Of a stretch of 64,000 nucleotides of DNA, positions 26,322 through 39,907 are shown in pieces (within the stretch, counting starts at the first letter, position 1; each line of letters opens with the position of its first letter). Location of the stretch: positions 16,244,001-16,308,000 of the forward strand of contig NC_043016.1 of assembly GCF_006345805.1 (NCBI RefSeq), in the 5' to 3' direction. Position numbers and translations under genes: made by a program. The notes beneath the pieces were generated by a model, which saw nothing but the letters and a program-made list of their open reading frames with translations, ran no database searches and was not told the DNA's origin. The stretch is from Octopus sinensis (taxonomy: Eukaryota).

Positions 26322-28225
26322 CTCTATACCCTCATCTCCTCACATAAATGTAGTTCAGCTCTGCCCCTGGGGATTTTGAAGTCTTATGAGCATCATGGAA
26401 ACCTCAGTAGTGTCAGTGGCACAAAAAAAAAGCACCCCACACACCCTGTAAGGTCATTAACATTAGGAAGGGAATCCAGCTGTAAAATCCATGCCAAAGT
26501 GGACAGACATGGGAGCAGTATGATGCAATCCTTGGGCCCATCAGACCCTGCCAATCTGTCCAACGTATTCCAGCATAGAACATGGGTGTTGAATAATGAT
26601 GATGATGATGATGATTGCTGCCCTCACTATCACCACTACAACTGCAGCTGCTACCAGTTGTTACTGCATGTGTTGTGTACAACTCTTAATTGCATCCAGT
26701 GGTGGTGCCCTGGTTCAGGAGTTCCAAGATCCTGAGGAGTATGGAACCACCCCTTTAGCCATTATTTGTTCCCAGGTCAAGCAGCACATGTCATGGTCCC
26801 AGTTATGGGCTAATTAGCATATTAGGGCTTGCTTACCTATGTATGTAAAGACTGTACAAGAAACCTTCACGGCTCACACAGGGGGCCAAAGGCTTCCGCA
26901 GCAATGCATTGTGGAGTGCTTAGAACAAGAAGACACCTGGCTTGACCTGGTCGTGGTGTCAGTGTTAAGAGAGTGAGGTTGATGGTGTGCAACGCTTCAC
27001 TTTAAAGAAAATCACAGCACAAGTCATCAGTCACCCATAATGATGACCAGATGACCCTTGTCACTTTGATGGACAAACATGCAGGGTCAGATGACAAGCT
27101 CCTTGTCAGAGGCACCTGGGAGGAATTTAAGCTCAGACTATAAAGAGTTGGAACAATGAAAACAACGTTTTTTTTTTGTTCAGCACTCTAAATTGAAACA
27201 GTCCACTGCCCTGTAGATGTACTTTATCCACAACCCCAGTCATGGCTGTGTGGTAAGAAGTTTGTTTCCCAGCCACATGGTTTTGGGTTCAGTCCCACTA
27301 TGTGGGACCTTGGACAAGTGTCTTCTACTGCAGCCTGGGGTAGGCCAGTTCTTGTGACTGGATTTGACAGACGGAAACTAAAAGAAGCCCTTGTATACGT
27401 GTGTGTGTGTGTGTGTGAGTGTGTGTGAGTGTATATATTACTGTCTCCTTACCATGTCAGCACATGAATATCATCATGATGGAAGCAGTGTTATTTATTT
27501 CCATGTCTGACCATGGGGGAAATATTACTTCATTTGGAAACAAGTGAGGGTTAGTGACAGGAAGGGCACCCAGCCATAGTAAATCTGCCTCAACAAATTC
27601 TGTGCAACCCATGCAAGCATGGAAAAGTGGATGTTAAAACAATGCTGATGATGTCCCCGACCTCCTATAAAGGATAAAATGCAAAGTTAATCTAAGTGGG
27701 ATCTGTACTCAGAGCACAAATACAATGGACATTAGGATTGCATCATCATCACCACCACCACCACCACCATCTAATGTCTACTATTCCATGCTTGTGCAGG
27801 TTGAATGGAGTTTTTTTGAGGCAGATAGTCTATGCCTGGATGGTCTTCACATCACCAAGCAATGTAATATTTCTCCATGACCTGAAATGTTCTTGCAGGA
27901 TATTGGAAATGGACGACACTGTTTGCATGGCGGAGAGACACACTTTTTTATAGCCACCACACAATGTCAAGACAAGGAGATACAAATATATACTCACAAC
28001 CCATGCACATACGTCTAGACGTGCTTGTTTTTAGTTTCTATCAAATTCACAAACAAAGCTTTGGTTGGCCTGGGGCTATAGCTGAAGATACTTGCCCAAG
28101 GGCCACACAGTGTGACTGAACACGGAACCATGTGCTTGGGAAGCAAACTTCTTACCACACAGCCACACCTGTGCCTTTGTTTAACCAAACAAAAATGAAA
28201 AGAAAACAGTTTTAGTGGAACTTAC

Positions 28226-28343
28226 GCAACCAATAATGCCAAGTGCTTTCGATGGATTTGTGTGATAAGACCAAAAGTTTCCATTGTAATTCTTCCATTT
28301 CTCCTTGGGGTTACAGTCTTGTAGATGAAGATCAACTGATTTG
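28226..28343 (-). CDS. DELE1: DELE1-like coding exon 3
   Basis: TTTGCAG|C AAA...TGC|GTAAGT, 118 nt. KSVDLHLQDCNPKEKW...KALGIIGC. Phases fit both neighbours. Confidence 0.8.
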
Positions 28344-29015
28344 CTGCAAATGGAAAATACATATTTATATTAACTCTTCAGCTTTCACATTACTCTGATG
28401 ATAAATGCAATATTTATTTATTTACATTATTTACATTTGACGGATATTTATCATCATCTTGTTTGTTGTTAACACAATGATATATCAACTGATATACCCT
28501 CCAGCCTTCATCAGGTGTCTTGGGGAAATTTCAAACCTGGGTTCTCATTCCTAAGGTATTTTTCGATGTTAATATTATTATTATTATTATTATTGCCTTT
28601 GCACAGCTTCTAACGCTGGAGATGTATTACAGTGTCAGCTGTTCACTACTAGTAAACTAAGGTAACACCTCTTATTTTTCGAGCAGCTTTCGGAGTATCC
28701 GAGCTGTTTCAAGCAGTGCTGTTTTCTGCTAGTGTTCCACCCTTATTGCAGCCCCTATTTGTTCCATGTACTTCTCGAGATTTTTACTCTCTGTTCCCAG
28801 GGCACTGACAATTATTGGTACCACTGCCACCTTTTTATCGACCACAACTGTTTAACTTCCCAAGCCAACCTGTCATATTTCTCAACTTTCCTTTCTTCCT
28901 TATCTTTGTTATCAGCTGGGCATGCTATATCTATGATCCAGCATAGTTTATTTTTTTCTCAATTAACACTATGCCCAGCTTTTTGTTTTCTTTCTCAATT
29001 AAGACTATGTCAGGC

Positions 29016-29053
<38 letters not shown>

Positions 29054-30640
29054 TCACTGCTTGAAATAGAACTTGGAATCTTGGGATTAGTAGCCTGCGC
29101 TCTAAACCACAACACCATATACCCACGGGCATATGGTGTAGTGGTTTATTTATTCACATTGTTTTGAATTAATCATGGGATTATCTTGTGGTTTCAAGAT
29201 TTTGGTTACGTGATAGCTTTTCTATAGAATGACTTTGTAAGGACAGGTATGAGAGACCAGATCTGGCTGGTTTGAACATAAAACAAGGTAGAGTATCTGG
29301 GCCTGTTATGGCTGCTTTAAACACTAAAGGGTGAATGGTATAGCATGATCTGTTTTTTCCCAGAAACTATTTGCTCCTTAATTACACCACCCAATTATTT
29401 TAACTTCCTCTTATAAGGTAGGCTAGCCATGTATCACCTGTATGGCCCAACACCTATGCTTGTTCATCTATCATAGAAGGGGGAGATGGCTTCATGGCAC
29501 CCCCTGCTTATACTTAATACTGCTTTAAACATAGTTATAGGGGCTTTTCTCTTTCCTGATTTTTTTTGGTGGGGTCTTGCAACTTACTCAATAACTTCAG
29601 TATTCCTGGTTGCAAGAAAAACGTACCCAGTGCACACTGTAGGGTGGTTAGTTTCAAGAAGGGTATTAAACCACAGAAACCAAACCAAAGCAGACAGTAG
29701 AGCCTGGTGCAGCCCTCTGGCTTGCTGGATTCTACCAAATCATCCAACCCATGCCAGCATGGAAAACAGATGATGATGATGATTCACAAATATTTTCAAT
29801 ATTTTAGACATAGAACAGCTCAGGGTGTAAGGTATTGATTATGTATTGATCTCTGATCTTTAGCATTCAGATCACGCCTCTGTCAAATGAAATGTTTATT
29901 TATTCATATTGTCTTGAATCGATCATGGGATTATCTTGCAGCTTCAAGGCTTTTGAAGGTGTAATTGTTTATTTTTAGAATGACATTGTATGGCAGATGT
30001 AAAAAGCCAGATCTAATCCCTTTTGGTAAATTGCAGGACAGAAATAAAGAGCAGGGAAACATGAAAGGGAAAAAACCCTTGCTACTAAGTGGTGGTGGGG
30101 AGAGTATTTGAGGGAAAGAAGCTTTATGCTAAGGACAAGAACAGGTACCTTGCTGTACAGAAGATACATGCCTATTCCACAATGTGAGGTGCTGCTGCTG
30201 TTGTAGTAGTAGTAGTTGTAATTGGGAAGAGGATAAAAGATGGTAGTGATAGGGTGCTGGAGCAAACTATTAAAGTACAAGAAAGTGAGAATAAGAGAGG
30301 ATATGGTCAGTGGGCCAGGGAAGAGAAGAGAGAGAGAGAGGGTACTTTCATAAGTGTGTGTGGGGAGAGTAACAGATGGTTAAAGAAGGAGGGTGGAGGA
30401 CGTATACCTGTATGGAGAGGGAGCTCAATAAAGATAGATGAAAAGGTAAGGGGAAAATAAGCAAGGTGAGTAGGTAAATGTAGGTGTACATAAGGGTAGC
30501 TGGAGGCCCTTCCTGCTGCCAATCCTCATTTGGTTCCAGGCATGGTGAAACATGTTCTGGTGGAATAATGATAATGAATGACACTGCTTGTTTGACAATG
30601 ACAATCATTTATAACAATCATGTCAAGACAAAGAGAAGCA

Positions 30641-30677
<37 letters not shown>

Positions 30678-31166
30678 CATCATCATAATTTTATGTCCAT
30701 TTTCCATGCTGGCATGGGTTGGACAGTTTGACAAGAGCTGGCATGGTTGGAGAGCTGCACAGGCTCCAACTGTCTGCTTTGGTATGATTTCTATGGTTGA
30801 ATGCTCTTCCTAACATCAACCATTTTACTGAGTAGGCTGGGTGCTTTAACTGTGGCACCAGCACGAATGCCCTTATATGGCAATGGCACAGGTGCTTTTA
30901 TGTGGCACCAGCACTCGTGAGTCTGCAAGACAGGGATCTTTTGGCTGGAGCTTTTTTACAGTTTCATCTACAAAAATCCACTCACAAGGCTTTGGGTGGT
31001 CTGGGGGCAATAGTAGGAGACACTTGTCCAAGGTGCCATGCAGTGGAATTGAACCTGAAAGTATGTGATTGGGAAGCAATCTTACCACTCAGCCATGCAC
31101 ACACTTATATAAAAGATATATTTAAAAATGAATCAACAAACGTATACAAAAATTAATTATACTCAC

Positions 31167-31287
31167 ATATCACAGAACTGTGTATTAGTCTGCTGTGGTT
31201 CGTCACATTTTTCATAGACTTTCTCAGAATCTTTCTGCAGATTCTTCAAAGATTTGTGAACCAAAGATTGCCAGCGTGCCCGAAATA
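31167..31287 (-). CDS. DELE1: DELE1-like coding exon 2 (mitochondrial-presequence-like)
   Basis: Polypyrimidine tract + TAG|TA TTT...AT|GTGAGT, 121 nt. FRARWQSLVHKSLKNLQKDSEK...QFCD. Confidence 0.75.
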
Positions 31288-31511
31288 CTACACAACCAGA
31301 TAAAAAGACAAGAATAAAAAAAGTGAGAGTGAAAGAGTAAGAAAAAGGTGTTTCAATTAACTGAAATAAAGATTTTAGGAAAATGAAGGGCACCTGCTTC
31401 TTCTCCCAACCGCATAAGCATTGGGTTAGTTTCACTGCGTGGAACTTTAGGCACGTGTCTTTTACTGACAGTGACTTTGAAGTTTTGGCCAGCTAACCCA
31501 TCACTGGACTG

Positions 31512-31545
<34 letters not shown>

Positions 31546-34500
31546 ATGTGTGTGTTTATGTATGTGTTTATATATGCATACATAGATATATGTGTATTTG
31601 TGTATGTCCTCCACCACTGCTTGACAACCAGTGATGGTTTGTTTACATCCCCCATAATTTAATGGATTGATAAAAGGAGACTAATACAATATTTGGAAAA
31701 TAAATACTGGGGTCAGTTTGCTTGACTAAAACCCTTCAATGTGGTGCTGCAGCAAGGCTGCAGTCCAATAACTGAAACAAATAAAATGGTTCACGTGTGT
31801 GTGGGTGGGGAGCTAACATAGATAAAGTAGTAAAGCAAAAAATTTTAATCCATTAAAAATGCATGATTGGGAAAAACATATCCGTGCAGGCATGCACCCC
31901 CCACCAACTTTGTTTCAAACATAACTTTTAGGAAAATGGATATTTTTTAATGAAAATTTTCCAGAAATACCTTTCAGATGGTGTACATTATGACTAACCA
32001 GGTGGGCATAATGAAGAAAGAAATAAAAAAAGAGAGAGAGAGAGAGAGAGAGAGGTGTTTTAGTTATCAGGAATGTGTGGTAAGAAGTTTGCTTTTCAAC
32101 CTCATGGTCCCAGGCTCAGTCCTACTGAATGACACCTTGAGTGTCTTTTACTGTGACCCAAGGTTGACCAAAGCCTTGTGAATGAATTTGATAGATGGAA
32201 ACTGAAAGTAGTCTTATGTGTGTATGCATGTGTGTGTGTGTGTGTATGTGTGTGTGTGTGTCTCCTTGTCTTGACATTGTGTGAAATTTATCAATGAGTG
32301 TCACTGTCATACAAGCAGTGTCATTCATTTCCAATATTCTGTGAGAACATTTCAGACTATGGGGAAATATTACTTCACTTGGAAAACAGGCAAGAGCATC
32401 CAGCCTCAATAGACTCTATCCAGCCCATCAAGATACGGAAAAGTGAGTATTAAAATAACGATATAACAAAAGCATATTTAAATGAAAATTTTCCAGAAAT
32501 ACCTTTTAGATGGTGTACATTATAACCAGATGGGTAAAATGAAGAGAGAAAGAGAAGGGAATTCACAAGACTATTCACTGAAATTATTTCAACTCATTAT
32601 GCACTAGTAGTACCTCATTTTGTGTTGTTGGAAAAAGGAGAGCAATGTTTTCGAGAAGCATCAATCGGTGGACGTTGTCTGCTTCTCCCACCAACCATTT
32701 TTTCCATTCCATTATCATTTGTGTCTTTGTCCAGCCCACAGCTCTTACCAAAAAATAAAAATTCTATTTCAAATCGAGGCACTAAGACCTTTTACTTTTC
32801 CTCCCCAACCAAGCAATATGCCTCCCGCAGGCAATCCTGCAGTTCTAAGTCGGGACCCCAGAAAGCATAACTGTATTGGTTCTTGGGAAAGGAGTCCATC
32901 ACCCTGAACATAATATTTCCCATTATGACCTCCGCAGTTACCTGCGGAGGCCAATCTGGGTCTTCAGTACAGGACAGGACCCCCCGCTCCGGCCCTCTAG
33001 CTTCTTCACAAAGTTCTGTACAGCCCCTCCCTAATGAAAGATCAAAAAATCATCCTTCATCATAATGGGAGGGGCCACAGTTTCCTCTGTCAGTGGCAGA
33101 ATTCCCACCGATGAGGTTTCAGGAGATGCCGGCAGTGTACTACTAACCGCCCGCTGCCATCCAGATCCTGGTGGATGGTGTCCTCTATCCATTCCAGTTC
33201 AATGTCCGGTGGCAGCCCACAGGCCCAAGCTCTTGTTAATTTCTTCCCACAATATGTCGGAAGAAACAGAATCTTTTGCCCTTCTAAGGGCTGTCTTGCA
33301 AATTTGCGAACCACCTCAAGGGTGTCAAATAGCAACCACACCGTTACTAACACCCCTGGAAATAAACTTAATAGTTGGCAGATGTTCTGCCAATTCTTTT
33401 TCTATTTCTGTCTTAGGAAAGCAATGGTTAAAAAAAACTTAGAGGAAAGAACGGTGGTGTTGAGGTCACTCGACACCATCGCGGTCTTTCCTAAGATAGA
33501 AATAGAAAAAGGGGAAGCAAGCTTCTTACCACACAGCTACGCACCTGCACCTATATATGTATGTCTTTTATCTTTTCCTTGTTTTAGTCTTTAAACTGCA
33601 GCCATGCTGGAGCAATGTCTCGATGAGTTCATCTGAACAAAATCAATGCTAATACTTTTTTTAAAATCTGCTTCTTATTCTTTTAGTATTTTTCCTAACC
33701 AGACATGTAAACAAATTGACACCATTTGTTAATTTGTATATACAAACAACACACACACACACAGAGTACAACATTGCAGTATGTGTACTCCATTGTACGA
33801 GTAATTTGCTGTCTGAGACGAGACTTGTGTAAATTTTTACCTTGAATTACAAGCAGAGATCCGCAGTACAAGAACACAAATCATCCCATCTTTAAGGTAA
33901 TTCAGTTAATAAAACCAGTTGACATATTTCTTTTGCATTCTCTCTTTTTTATAACTGTCATTTTGCTTCTAACTACACCATTCCTGTTTTAAAACTCATA
34001 AAAATACATTTTTGAGTGTTTTTTTTTGTGAGCTGGATTGAATTAATTATATTTTAGTTAGTTTCAATGGGGAAAATTGATTTGTAAAATGAGTAAATCG
34101 TAACACAAGCTCGGTCATGGAATGAATTAAACTTGTACTGTGAGATACCACTGTATACATATATATATCATCATCATCATCATTTAACGTCTGTTTTCCA
34201 TGCTGGCATGGGTTGGACGGTTCGACCGGGGTCTGGTAAGCCATGGAGGCTGCACCAGGCTCCAGTCTGATCTGGCAGTGTTTCCACAGCTGGATGCCCT
34301 TCCTAACACCAACCACTCCGTGAGTGTAGTGGGTGTTTTATACATGCCACCAGCACAGGAGCCAGAGCAGGCTATATATCATCATCATTTAACGTCCGCT
34401 TTACATGCTAGCATGGGTTTGACGGTTTTACTGGGGACTGGCAAGCTAGGAGGCTGCATCAGGCCCCAATCTGATTTGGCAGTGTTTCTACAGCTGGATG

Positions 34501-34851
34501 CCCTTTCCTAATGCCAACCACTCCAAGAGTGTATTGGCTGCTTTTTATGTGCCACCAGCACAGGAGCCAGTCAGGCGCCACTGGCATCAGCCATGTTTGG
34601 ATGGTGCTTTTTATGTGCCTCTGGCACAGGAGCCAGTTGGGGCAAGGAGGTTGGCATCGACCACGTTTGGATGGTATGTTTTACGTGCCACCAGCATGGG
34701 AAACCAGTCAGGCAGCACTGGTAATGACCCACACATGAATGGTGCTTATTGCGTGCCACCAGCATGGGAGCCAGTCAGACGGCACTGGCACCAGTCACAA
34801 CTACAATTTCCATTTGACTGTGGTTTAATTTGATTCTGATATATATATATA

Positions 34852-35202
34852 TGCTGAGACCCCCTTCGGTCACGACACAGACCAGGGGATTGCACCTAGA
34901 AAGTTACCCTCTTACCCTCCCAGGCACAAGTCCGGGCAAGGTTGTTTATGGAAGACCAGCATTTGCCCTTTGCTTACTAGCCTCCCTTCTCCATGCCACC
35001 AGTGTTATCCAAGGGAAAGGCAAAGGCTGATACAGCCTGGCTCCTGTGACGTCGCGACTCATTTCTACAGCTGAGTGAACTGGAACAACGTGAAATAAAG
35101 TGCCTTGCTCAAAAACACAACATGCAGCTCAGCCTGGGATTCAAACTCACAACTTCACGATTGTAAGCTTGACGCTCTAACCACTGAGCCATGCGCCTTC
35201 AC
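34852..35202 (-). mobile_element. Second tRNA-derived SINE family (Meta/V-SINE-like central domain)
   Basis: A-box TGGCTCAGTGG, B-box GTTTGAATCCC, TTGAGCAAGGCACTTT...CACTCAGCTGTAGAAATG. Family assignment is from memory. A related copy lies at about 20130-20370. Confidence 0.7.
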
Positions 35203-35732
35203 ACACACACACACACATATATGTAAATATATATACACAACAGGACACTTCTACTTTAGAGGATGACACCTATCCCTGCCCTATACACCTCTAATCTTTC
35301 ATCAACTGGCACAAAGCCACCTCACCACTCCCAGCTGAGGGATTTTATAGTGCAAGTTACTTGGTGACCCTGCTGGTGCCATGTAAAAAGTACCCAGTAT
35401 ACTCTGTAAAGTGGTTGGTGTTAGGAAGGACATTCGGCCATAGAAACCATAGAAAAATAGACAATTGGACCATGGTGTCCCCCCTGGCTTTACCAGCTCC
35501 TGTTAAACCATACAACTCATGCCAGCATGGAAAGCAGATGTTAAACAATGATGATGGTGATGATATATGATGAGCTTCTTTCAGTTTCTTTCTACCAAAT
35601 TCACTCACAAAGCTTTAGTCTGTGTGAGGTTATAGTAGAAGACACTTACTCAAAGTGCCACGCAGTGGTACTGAACCCAATGCCACATGGTTGGGAAGCA
35701 AGCTTCTTAATCATGCAGCCATGCCTGTGCCA

Positions 35733-35774
<42 letters not shown>

Positions 35775-38068
35775 GCATACATATATGTATACAGATAGGT
35801 TGATAGAGAGATAATTGATGTATAGTAATATGAAGCAGATTTATATCCATCTAAATAAAGGTCAGTGTCAAAATTGTAACAGAAGCTGTGAATGCTGTCT
35901 CACCGTACCTCTACCGTACCCGAAAACCAACCAATATTCTTCTAAACATCAGTTCTGAGTGAAACTATCTACAGTGAAATCAGAGACTTTTTGATAAAAA
36001 CAAACATTAAATGTTATAAATACATTTTACTCAGTTGTTCTGGTTTTGTATTATGGTACAAGAAGAGTTGTCTAGGAGCCCCATGAATTTAGAGGGTCCA
36101 TTGCCAATGTGGGAACAACCAGAGAGCTACAATGCCATTCAGAAGATACTGATTTCTATTTTTGTTGCCTCGTCAATAATTTTTTCTAGGTTTGCTTAGA
36201 TTAGGCAAAATTTGTTGAGGTAAATTTTCTGATGCATGTCACCCTGACCCCTTTTTCTATTACTGACCCTTAGTAATATTTCCCCTACGCAAGACATATT
36301 TCTGTAGAAGAATGGAAAAAGAACAACACTGCTGGCATAAGGGTGACATAAACACACACATACATGCACATTGGTGTGTGGTGAGAAGTCTCTCCCAACC
36401 ACATGGTTCTGGGGTCAATCTCACTGCATAACACCTTAGGCAAGTGTATTCTGCGTCAACCAAAGCCTTGTGAGTGAATGTGGTAGATGGAAACTGAAAG
36501 AAGCCCATTAAGTGTGTGTGCGTGTGCTACTATCTTCTCGCCTTGATATGATGTGATAGTTACAAATGAATATCTCTGCCGTGCAAGCAGTATCCTTTAT
36601 TCCCAGTCTTCCGTGGAAACATGTCAGACCATGCTTGGAAACGGGTGATGGTTAGCAACAGGAAAGGCAACCAACTGTAAAAAATTCACCTCAACAAATT
36701 CCATGTGACCCACGCAAGCATGAAAAGGTGGACATTATGATGATGAAGATGAATGTGAATAAATAAGAAATATAGTTGACGAGAATAATTAAAATAGTAA
36801 AGGGTTAATGTTGACCCAAGTTTGAGTTCTTGTAAATGAAATTGTGAAAAAATTCCTGCAGTAAAGAGAACCTAAGCAAGGGACTTGACTCTAAGAATGT
36901 AAACCGACTTAGAAGTAGATAAATATTTTTTAATTTTACATATGAGAAAGAAATAAAACTTGATGAGGTTCAGTTACAGCTTTTATTTTTCAAGTCAATG
37001 TGAAGAAGAGCCGTTTGTTAAGATGTTTGCTTCCACACCAATTGGTTTTGGGTTTAGTCCCACTGCATGGCACCTTGGGCAAATGTCTTCTTCTCTAGTC
37101 CTCGTTTGTCTAAAGCCTCATGAGTTGATTTGGTAGACGGAAATTGGAAGAAGCCTGTGGTGCACATGTGCCTGTGTGTATGTATGTTTGTTTCTCTTTG
37201 TCTTGACATCAGATGATAGTTGTGAATGAATGTCGCCATCATACAATGCCTTATCAAACTTCAATGAAACTATGTCTGGCCACGGGGAAGCATTACCTTG
37301 CTTTGAAGCAGGCGAGGCTTGTTGACAGGAAGAAAATTTGACTCAATAAATTGTCTCACCAATGCAAGCATGGAAAAGTGGTCGTTTAATAATGATGACG
37401 ATGATGATGAATTTTGACCATAAAGGAGTGTTATCTGTACTAAACAGACTATGTCTTTGTACTACAACAGTAGAAGGAAAATATACTTCATAATATCAAC
37501 AGGATCTATACGTCATTAAGCAACTATTACAACAGTGTAGCAAAGTATATGAAACGGTTGTGATCTCGTTTTCCTGTTTATGAACTTTTAGAAAATTTTT
37601 GAGTCAAAATTGGAACTTGGGGTGTGTTTCTGAGGTCAGTACTTCATCAGCATCTGGGTTGGGCAGAGTTTACTGAGGCAGATTTTCAATAGCTGGATAC
37701 CCTTCTTGTTGCCAACACTCACTCGTTTGCAAGAAAAGTAATATTTCTCCATGCTCAGACATGATTTTACTAAAAGATTGCAAATGGCAGACACTGCCAG
37801 TATGACAGTGACACGCATCTACAACTATCATGCCATGTCAAGACAAGGAGACACAATCACACACACACACACGTATACAAAGGGCTTCTTTCAGTTTCTA
37901 TCAACAAAATCTGGCCATAAGGCTTTGGTTGGCTCGGAGTTACTGTAGAAGACTGCCTGCCCAAAATACTGCACAATGGAACTGAACCAAAGACCACATG
38001 GTTCAGAAGCAAGTTTCTTAACCATACAACCATGCCTGCACCTATATATATATATATGTGTATGTGTG

Positions 38069-38104
<36 letters not shown>

Positions 38105-39354
38105 ATGGCTTTCTTTCAGTTTCTGTCTACTAAATCCATTCACAATGCTTTGGTCAGTTTGGGTGTGTAGTAGAAAGCACTTGCCCAAGGTAGGATTGAA
38201 CCAAGAATTTAAAAAAAAAACTTTTTCCAGTGAGTAAATATTGTTTTCTACACAACATAAACATTAAATTAAGAGAAAAACAAGTGTATATACATAAAAC
38301 ATTGATTTATAAAATTACTCTTTTCTTTTTTTTAATTAAATTGGTTTCCTTCCATTATTATGAAACGTGTTATTGAAAATAATTTGAAAAATCCCAATCA
38401 AAACAGAGAAATTTGAACTTGTGCGTGGGGCAACTATTCACCCCCCCCACCCTCACAAGTAATATATATATATATATATTTGCTTACCTTTTGGAATCAA
38501 TTTTGGCTTGAGACTAAACATCTTTAAAAGTTACTGTTTAATAATAATAATAGGAGGAGAAGCAGATTGGAAGAACTGACAATGGAGGGGGGGGGGCACG
38601 AAGCATTAACACAACTCGTCCTCTCGGCTGCGCACAGCAGCACTGGACAGCAGTGAGAGAATGGATTGCAAATGCTGAATCTTTTTTCAGCATACTGTGG
38701 AAAGAGAGGGAGGGGGGGGGGAGAGAAATAAAGTCATAGAGAGACACAGACAGATAGGAATATAGAGAGAGTGGAAGGGGCTTAGGTTTATATCAATGAT
38801 GCAATCATGACCCAGTTTGCTTTCTTAGTGTTGGCACACATGCAAATAAACCATAGAGGTTACCTTCAGATACATATATATATGTGTGTATGTATGTATG
38901 CATATATATATAATCATCACCATTTAACATCTGTCTGCCATGCTGGCATGGGTTGGACAGCATATATATGTGTGTGTGTGTGTGTGTGTGTATACTGTAG
39001 ATAGGGGTGTTTGTATGTGTTCATAACTGTATGTTTCCTTTAGTTTTTACTTGTTTCAGTCATTGACTGGGGCCTTTGCCTTTAAGGGGTTTAATCATGC
39101 AAACTGACCCCAGTCATTATTCTAATTCCTAATACTTATTCACACACACGATGGGTTTCCATACAGTTTCCATCTATCAAATCCACTAACAAGACTTTGG
39201 TCAGTCAAGGGTTATAGTAGCAGACACTTGGTCAAGGTGCAATGCAGAGGGACTGAACCCAAGACCACATGGCTGGCAAACAAGGTTTTTAACCACACAG
39301 TCACACCTGTGCCTATAATATATATATATATATATATTATATGCTATCAGTAAA

Positions 39355-39640
39355 TGTAATATGTGACAATTATTCGGTAGCCATGATAAAACTCCGAGTT
39401 TTGGATGCCAAGGTGGAAATCCACGCCGCCATCTCTTCAAGATATCTGGCCAACAGTTTTTTCGATGGGCGGATAACTGAAGAGATGGCAGCGTGGGATT
39501 CCGCCCCGACATCTGAAACTCGGAGTTTTATCTTGGCTACCAAATAATTGTCACATATCATATTTACAGATAAATTTCTCTATTTACATAATATCGAGGT
39601 CTCTTTCATTCTTTTGTTGTCTTACCATTTCTATCAATAT
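39355..39640. mobile_element. Inverted pair of Penelope pLTR fragments (no ORF)
   Basis: 39361-39445 and 39470-39557 are inverted copies. 39470-39640 matches the pLTR at 47811-47970. Confidence 0.8.
39472..39532 (+). ncRNA. Type I hammerhead-ribozyme-like motif with one extra nucleotide before GAAA
   Basis: Stem I GATAA/TTATC, CTGAAGA (39477-39483), stem II GATG/CATC, extra T, GAAA (39515-39518), stem III ACT/AGT, cleavage triplet GTT. Confidence 0.6.
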
Positions 39641-39827
39641 ATTATATGCTATATATATATATATGCTATATTTTTTTATTCGTTCACTTGTTTCAGTCAT
39701 TTGACCGAGACCATGCTGGAGCACCGCCTTTAGTCAAGCAAGCCGAACCGCTAAGTTACATGGACGTAAATACACCAACATAGATTGTCAAGCGATATTG
39801 GGTGGGGACAAACAGACACACAAACAA

Positions 39828-39907
<80 letters not shown>

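Noticed and set aside
33840-33890. Alternative first coding exon of DELE1 (CAAG|GTAAAA)
   Set aside because: The frame needed for exon 2 has an in-frame TGA and no ATG after it. 40802-40811 fits better.
35130-35202. tRNA genes at A-box/B-box motifs (also 50890-50962 and others)
   Set aside because: I see no acceptor stem or complete cloverleaf, and the motifs are fused to SINE bodies in many diverged copies.
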